Shown here in pieces: positions 58,614 through 64,000 of a DNA stretch of 64,000 bases. The stretch comes from an uncultured delta proteobacterium. Lineage in GTDB: Bacteria > Bdellovibrionota > FAC87 > UBA2466. A program made the translations under genes and the position numbers. The DNA lies in assembly GCA_963778115.1 (NCBI GenBank), contig CAVZSV010000004.1:1632001-1696000 (forward strand), given 5' to 3'. Under the pieces are notes generated by a model. That model worked only from the letters and a program-made list of their open reading frames with translations. It was not told the origin of the DNA and did not search any database. Every line of letters starts with the position of its first letter. Position 1 is the stretch's first letter.

Positions 58614-59738
58614 ATGCATTCGACTCGCCAGATTCCGTTTTTCAACTATCCGTCCCAATTTCTTTCCCAAGAAAAAGAGATTATGGAAGTCTTCCGCGAG
58701 GTGATGTCTCGCGGCGCGTTTATTTTGCAAAAGGACCTGGAGGAATTCGAGCGTTCTTTAGCCTCCTTCGTCGGAGCTAAGTACGCTTTCGGAGTCGCCG
58801 ACGGCTCCAACGCCCTCATCTTGGCTCTTCTCGCCGCCGGCATTAAACCGGGCGATGAAATTATTGTTCCCTCGCATACCTTTATAGCTTCCCCTTCGGC
58901 TATTCACTGGGTGGGTGCCACCCCCATTTTGGCGGACTGCGGCGCTGACCATATGATATGTGCCGAAAGCGTTGCTTCCTTAGTAACGCCCAAGACAAAA
59001 GCGATCATGCCGGTCCAACTTAACGGGCGCACCGCAAATATGGACGCACTCACCGCCGTCGCAAAGCAGCATAATCTAGCCATCGTTGAGGACGCGGCAC
59101 AAGCTCTGGGCTCCAAGTTTAACGGAAAGGCCGCAGGTACCTTTGGCGCTGCCGGAACCATCAGCTTTTATCCGGCCAAACTATTAGGATGTTACGGAGA
59201 CGGAGGTGCAGTCATTACTAATGATGACAAAGTGGCCGCCAACATCTTTATGTTGCGAGATCATGGAAGAGACCCCGAGGGAGTAGTACGGTGTTGGGGA
59301 TTTAATTCTCGTCTGGATAACCTTCAAGCGGCCGTCCTGAGCTTTAAATTAAAATCATTTCCGGCGGAGATTCAGCGTCGCCGTGAGATAGCTAAACTCT
59401 ACCAAGAAGGACTCTCAGGCCTTTCCGAGCTACTGCTACCGCCCGCTCCCGGAGCAGACCCGCGGCATTTCGACGTCTATCAAAACTACGAAGTAGAAGC
59501 CAACGACAGGGATCGGCTGCGAAGCTTTCTCCAAGAGCGAGGGGTCAAGACTATCATTCAATGGGGTGGTAAGGCGGTTCACCAGTTTGAGACTTTGGGG
59601 TTGAAGCCAACACCGGTTCCCTACACCGAACAGATGTTTAAGAAGTGTTTCTTACTTCCGATGAACACCACACTTTCCAATGAAGACGTGCAATACATCT
59701 GTGAAAATATTCGAACCTTTTACGGCCGGAGCAGTTAA
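58614..59738 (+). CDS. DegT/DnrJ/EryC1/StrS sugar aminotransferase
   Basis: EDAAQALG, SFYPAKLLG.YGDGG, NSRLDNLQAA. Confidence 0.93.
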   Translation: MHSTRQIPFFNYPSQFLSQEKEIMEVFREVMSRGAFILQKDLEEFERSLASFVGAKYAFGVADGSNALILALLAAGIKPGDEIIVPSHTFIASPSAIHWVGATPILADCGADHMICAESVASLVTPKTKAIMPVQLNGRTANMDALTAVAKQHNLAIVEDAAQALGSKFNGKAAGTFGAAGTISFYPAKLLGCYGDGGAVITNDDKVAANIFMLRDHGRDPEGVVRCWGFNSRLDNLQAAVLSFKLKSFPAEIQRRREIAKLYQEGLSGLSELLLPPAPGADPRHFDVYQNYEVEANDRDRLRSFLQERGVKTIIQWGGKAVHQFETLGLKPTPVPYTEQMFKKCFLLPMNTTLSNEDVQYICENIRTFYGRSS

Positions 59739-59741
59739 TTC

Positions 59742-60794
59742 ATGATCGACGTGCCTAATTTCCTGGGTGACCTTGCCAATCCAAGCTGTTTTCGCAAACC
59801 TATCGGGATAGAAAGCGAAGATCTACTCCGTCTCATCGACCAGCTTAAGTTGATGGTGACGATTCGCAAGGCGGAGGAAAAAATTGCCGATGCAGTCACG
59901 GCAGGAATCGTCCACTGCCCTTGCCATCTTGCTATCGGGCAAGAGGCTATTGCAGTCGGGGTTTCCGAGAACCTAACGACAACCGATCGTGTTTTCGGCG
60001 GCCACCGATCTCACGCTCATTACTTAGCCCAAGGTGGCAACCTATACGGGCTATTCGCCGAAGTTTTGGGACGGGTTACTGGGTGTTCCAAGGGCATGGG
60101 CGGATCGATGCATCTCTATGGCGCCGATCACGGATTTGTGGGTTCGGTTCCCATAGTCGCCGGAACCATCCCTTTAGCGGTGGGGGCGGGGCTTGCCTGT
60201 CAAAAGCGCGGCAAAAAAGAAGTTGCGGTTTCTTATTTTGGCGACGGATCTGCCGAAGAAGGTGTCGTTCACGAATCGCTTAATTTTGCCGCTAATTTTT
60301 CACTCCCGGTGCTGTTTGTTTGTGAAAATAATCTTTTCTCGTCTCATCTTCATATTGAGCTCCGTCAACCCGCAACCAGCGTCGCCCGATATGCCGTAAG
60401 CCATCTTATTCCTTATGAGGTCGTAGATGGAAATGACGTGGTAGCCGTACGCCAAGCGGCGGCGAGACTCATCAAACGATCGCGCGCGGGCGAGGGGCCG
60501 GGCTTTCTTGAAGCCGTCACTTACCGCTGGCGCGGCCATGTCGGCCCCAGTGAAGACTTAGATGTGGGAATCAAACGCCGAGAAGACGTCGCTCAATGGA
60601 AGCTTAGAGATCCTATCGATCGACTCAAACTGGCATTAATCGCAAGTCACGCGTTATCGGAAGAACAGTGGGACTGTCTGACCTCGGAAAGCGCTCTACT
60701 GGTGGATGAAGCGTGGACGAAAGCTTTAATAGCTCCGCTGCCTTCGAAAGAGGCCACATTGGCGTACGTATACAAAACAGGAATGGATTCATGA
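59742..60794 (+). CDS. ThDP-dependent E1-alpha-like subunit
   Basis: HLAIGQEA, GGSMH, GDG...ENN ThDP motif, YRWRGH. Confidence 0.92.
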   Translation: MIDVPNFLGDLANPSCFRKPIGIESEDLLRLIDQLKLMVTIRKAEEKIADAVTAGIVHCPCHLAIGQEAIAVGVSENLTTTDRVFGGHRSHAHYLAQGGNLYGLFAEVLGRVTGCSKGMGGSMHLYGADHGFVGSVPIVAGTIPLAVGAGLACQKRGKKEVAVSYFGDGSAEEGVVHESLNFAANFSLPVLFVCENNLFSSHLHIELRQPATSVARYAVSHLIPYEVVDGNDVVAVRQAAARLIKRSRAGEGPGFLEAVTYRWRGHVGPSEDLDVGIKRREDVAQWKLRDPIDRLKLALIASHALSEEQWDCLTSESALLVDEAWTKALIAPLPSKEATLAYVYKTGMDS

Positions 60795-61843
60795 ATCAGG
60801 GCAAGCAACAGCTCACCTACTGCCAAGGTATTTTAGAAGGCTTCACTTATCTTTTGGAAAGACATCCTGAGGTTTTCGTCATCGGACAAGGGCTTTGGAG
60901 TCCTTGGTACGTCGGGAACACCATGAGGGATCTCGATAAGCGCTTCGGAAAGAGCCGCATTATGGATACTCCGGTATCCGAGGACGCTACCACTGGCATC
61001 GCGGGAGGAGCTTCGTTGTGTGGATATCGCCCGATCGTGGTTCATCCGCGGATAGATTTCATGGTGCTGGCAAGCAATTCCATTGTGAACCAAATTGCCA
61101 AATGGTCTCACATGCTAGGGGGACAGGCCCATCCGGCGGTCACCATCAGAGCTATAGTAAATCGTGGGGGCGAGCAAGGGGCCCAACACTCCCAAGCGCT
61201 TCATTCGTGGTTCGCGCACATTCCCGGCTTGAGAGTCGTTATGCCTGCCACCGCCAATGATGCTCGCGACCTGCTAATCTCCAGCGTTTTGTGTGATGAC
61301 CCGGTTCTCTATATCGATGATAGATGGTGCTATGACTTCGCCGAAGACGAACGGCCCATTAATACCAACGCCCTTGAGACCCAAGGTCCCCGCATTATTC
61401 GGGAAGGATCCGACATCACCCTAGTAGGATCTAGTTTTTCGACGATACTCTGCTTACAAGCGGCGGAGGAATTGGAGAAGCATGGCATCTCCGCTGAAGT
61501 TGTGGATTTAAGAATTATCAATCCTCTTAAGATTGAAGTGATTCTCCAATCCGTCTCCAAGACCCGAAGGCTCTGTGTGGTTGACGGAAGTTGGGCTAAT
61601 TGTGGATTAGGCGGTGAAGTCATCGCTTCCGTAATGGAAAAAACGGTTCCCTCTCTATTATTGGCTTCGCCTTCAAGAATTACCCTTCCCGCGGCGCCCG
61701 CTCCGACGAGTAAAGTGTTGGAGGACGATTATTATCCCACTATCAGTAATATCGTCGAACGAACCCTTCACCTGTTTCCAGACCCGCGAACTCCCCATAA
61801 TAGGGGCATCAACCAGGGGAGAAACCATGAAGCGACTCTTTGA
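60791..61843 (+). CDS. ThDP-dependent E1-beta-like subunit
   Basis: DTPVSE, GAQHSQ, EVVDLRIINPL; ATGA overlap with the alpha subunit. Confidence 0.92.
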   Translation: MNQGKQQLTYCQGILEGFTYLLERHPEVFVIGQGLWSPWYVGNTMRDLDKRFGKSRIMDTPVSEDATTGIAGGASLCGYRPIVVHPRIDFMVLASNSIVNQIAKWSHMLGGQAHPAVTIRAIVNRGGEQGAQHSQALHSWFAHIPGLRVVMPATANDARDLLISSVLCDDPVLYIDDRWCYDFAEDERPINTNALETQGPRIIREGSDITLVGSSFSTILCLQAAEELEKHGISAEVVDLRIINPLKIEVILQSVSKTRRLCVVDGSWANCGLGGEVIASVMEKTVPSLLLASPSRITLPAAPAPTSKVLEDDYYPTISNIVERTLHLFPDPRTPHNRGINQGRNHEATL

Positions 61844-62558
61844 TTGTATCGTTTCCCTATCGATCTTAGTTGTCACGGCTCCCTTACTCCTTCCGGTAAT
61901 GGTTTTGATTTACCTGCAGGACAGGCATTCTCCTTTCTACGTAGCGCCCCGAATGGGAAAGGGTGAGAAACTTTTCAAAATGATGAAACTCCGATCGATG
62001 ATCATTAATGCCGACCGATCCGGTGTTGATTCCACTTCGGCTAGCGATCCCCGAATCACGAAACTGGGAGCCTTCATTAGAAGATATAAGTTGGACGAAC
62101 TCCCCCAACTTATCAACGTACTGCGGGGTGACATGAGCTTGGTAGGGCCACGTCCTAATGTAAAACGGGAAACCGACCTCTACACCGCGGAAGAAAAGAA
62201 GTTACTCACTGTACGGCCGGGAATTACGGATCTGGCGTCCATCGTTTTCTCCGACGAAAATGAAATTCTTAAGGACAGCCTTGATCCCGACATCGATTAC
62301 AATCAGCGCATCCGTCCTTGGAAGAACCGCTTGGCGTTGCTCTATATCAAGAATTCCGGTTTCGCGTTAGATCTCAAAATAGTCTATTTGACGGCAGTCG
62401 CCCTCATTTCGCGACAGCAAGCGTTACAAGGGGTTGAACAAATTCTCTTTCGATTCGGCGCGGAAGAAAATGTGAAGACGGCCGCTCGGCGACTATCACC
62501 TTTAATCGCCTTTCCTCCTCCTGGCGCGTTGGAGATCGTTACATCGCGGGGCGTTTAA
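61827..62558 (+). CDS. Bacterial sugar transferase (polyprenyl-phosphate phosphoglycosyl transferase)
   Basis: KRLFD, KLRSM, DPRIT..G.FIRRYKLDELPQL.NVL.GDMSLVGPRP, RPGIT. Confidence 0.95.
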   Translation: MKRLFDCIVSLSILVVTAPLLLPVMVLIYLQDRHSPFYVAPRMGKGEKLFKMMKLRSMIINADRSGVDSTSASDPRITKLGAFIRRYKLDELPQLINVLRGDMSLVGPRPNVKRETDLYTAEEKKLLTVRPGITDLASIVFSDENEILKDSLDPDIDYNQRIRPWKNRLALLYIKNSGFALDLKIVYLTAVALISRQQALQGVEQILFRFGAEENVKTAARRLSPLIAFPPPGALEIVTSRGV

Positions 62559-62753
62559 AACGAAAATGACTTCGTGCACCGTCGGTAAATTGATAAGAAC
62601 TCTAGACTCTTGAGTTTATAAATATTATCATTTCCCATAATTGTTTTTGATTCGTAATCGTCGCTTAGTTGCGGGGCAAGCCGCTCAACGGAGTGAACTT
62701 TTTTAATCTTCTTGAACCAATTAATTAGCAAACCACAGAGAGTGAGGAGACTC

Positions 62754-63593
62754 ATGAGTAATCAACGAAGTTATAGACAAACCTTTTTTGGGATTGGCGG
62801 GGTGGCGCTCATCGCAGCGGCTTTTATCAGTTCTGTCGGAATGGCGGCCTTATCCGGTGGCCAGACGGAATCCAGTCAGCTACCCAATTACATCAATTGG
62901 ACCATGCCCGGTCTAACCATCAACTCACCCAGCGGCTTCGGCGCCGATTGGGGACAGCTCTTCGTAGGAGGTGGATTCCAGAACCGAGCGCGCTTTACTA
63001 CCACGGCTGATGGGGCGATTGGAGCGGGTTTCGGTATCGGAGATTCCAATAAATATGTCGGCGTAGAAACTTCGGTCAGCGTTTACGATGTAAGCCAATT
63101 CTCTAATGGTGGAATCAATGTTAAAGTCCATCGCAATTTGCCGGAATTCTTTTCGGTAGCGGTGGGACGAGAAGGCTTGGTTACCTGGGGAAATGGCTCT
63201 AGCGATGTTCAAAGTTGGTACGGCACTGTCTCTAAGATATTTTTCCTAAAACGTGACCCCCAAGCATGGTTTAGTGCGCTTACTTTGACGGCCGGGCTGG
63301 GTAACGGACGCTTCCTGTCCCAATCTAATATCGCGACTAATCAAGCTCTTACCGGCAACCCCAACGCTTCAGGAACGGGTGTCAATCCCTTCGGAAGCGC
63401 TTCGGTCCGAATTCAAGAGCCTGTGTCGTTCATCGCGGATTGGACGGGACAAGATCTTAACTTGGGACTTTCCATCACACCGATCAGAACACTTGGTCTA
63501 TTCATCAATCCTACACTGGCTGATCTGACTCATAGTGCTGGAGATGGCGTTAGATTCGTACTTGGTGGTGGTTTGGCGTACTCGTTCCTCTAA
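62754..63593 (+). CDS. Probable outer-membrane beta-barrel protein
   Basis: GAGGAG RBS, signal peptide, Gly/aromatic strands, terminal YSFL. Confidence 0.7.
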   Translation: MSNQRSYRQTFFGIGGVALIAAAFISSVGMAALSGGQTESSQLPNYINWTMPGLTINSPSGFGADWGQLFVGGGFQNRARFTTTADGAIGAGFGIGDSNKYVGVETSVSVYDVSQFSNGGINVKVHRNLPEFFSVAVGREGLVTWGNGSSDVQSWYGTVSKIFFLKRDPQAWFSALTLTAGLGNGRFLSQSNIATNQALTGNPNASGTGVNPFGSASVRIQEPVSFIADWTGQDLNLGLSITPIRTLGLFINPTLADLTHSAGDGVRFVLGGGLAYSFL

Positions 63594-63615
63594 ACTCAAA
63601 ATGAAGGAGTCATCC

Positions 63616-63975
63616 ATGAAACAGAATAAACTAAGAAGTCTGGTAGTGGTCGTAGGAGCGTTCGGATTTTCGTTCATTCCTTCGGCTTTTTCCGCTGATG
63701 TAAATCTTTCTAATATCACCAACCCTGGTGGTGGAAACGTCGGTAACATCATTAACATGAATCAGATTACTCCACCGGCCCCAACCACAATAGCAGCTGC
63801 CCCTACGGGTAGCGGCGCGGTTGAAGGCGCTGGTGCCAGTGGAAACGGCGAATCGGGATCAGGAGCCACAGGTGGCGATACCGGTGGTCGCGGGACTTCG
63901 AGTAGCCCCTCCGGAACTAAGGGAAACGGTGCTAGCAAGAGCAAGAGCAGCCACCACAACGACGATAACCAGTAA
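63616..63975 (+). CDS. Small secreted Gly/Ser-rich protein
   Basis: AAGGAG RBS, signal peptide (..FSA), low-complexity tail. Confidence 0.7.
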   Translation: MKQNKLRSLVVVVGAFGFSFIPSAFSADVNLSNITNPGGGNVGNIINMNQITPPAPTTIAAAPTGSGAVEGAGASGNGESGSGATGGDTGGRGTSSSPSGTKGNGASKSKSSHHNDDNQ

Positions 63976-64000
63976 GAGTTATTTTTCTTAGAAAGGCAGG

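Noticed and set aside
59742..61843. Housekeeping pdhA/pdhB
   Set aside because: No E2/E3 and a glycan-biosynthesis context, so gene symbols were withheld.

Overview
A ~50% GC bacterial chromosomal window. Its gene content (DUF1844, MXAN_2562-like barrel, TIGR04552-like protein, GYF protein, PEGA Ser/Thr kinase, many small secreted proteins) suggests Bdellovibrionota/Oligoflexia or a related former Deltaproteobacterium; this is inference. Bases 1-34 kb are mostly core genes: kce, acs, lptM-like-dapF-dapA-dapB-dapL, rocD, mreB, tolQRAB, trmFO, cpaF, plsB. Two tRNA-Ser genes follow, then a ~22 kb accessory region, and finally a DegT / E1-alpha/beta / sugar-transferase cluster. The most striking signal lies downstream of tRNA-Ser(GCT): three full and one collapsed copy of a diverged ~220-bp non-coding element. 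Each full copy holds a duplicate of the tRNA 3' end (with CCA) flanked by paired CGGGAC motifs at invariant spacing (exactly 126 bp on the left side in all three). These copies separate 1.5-2.5 kb cargo blocks (HigBA, Fic, DUF4238, a TGA-interrupted JAB-like gene), and no integrase is present in the window. This is a candidate tRNA-anchored cassette-accretion system. All family calls come from motif recognition by eye; no searches were run.
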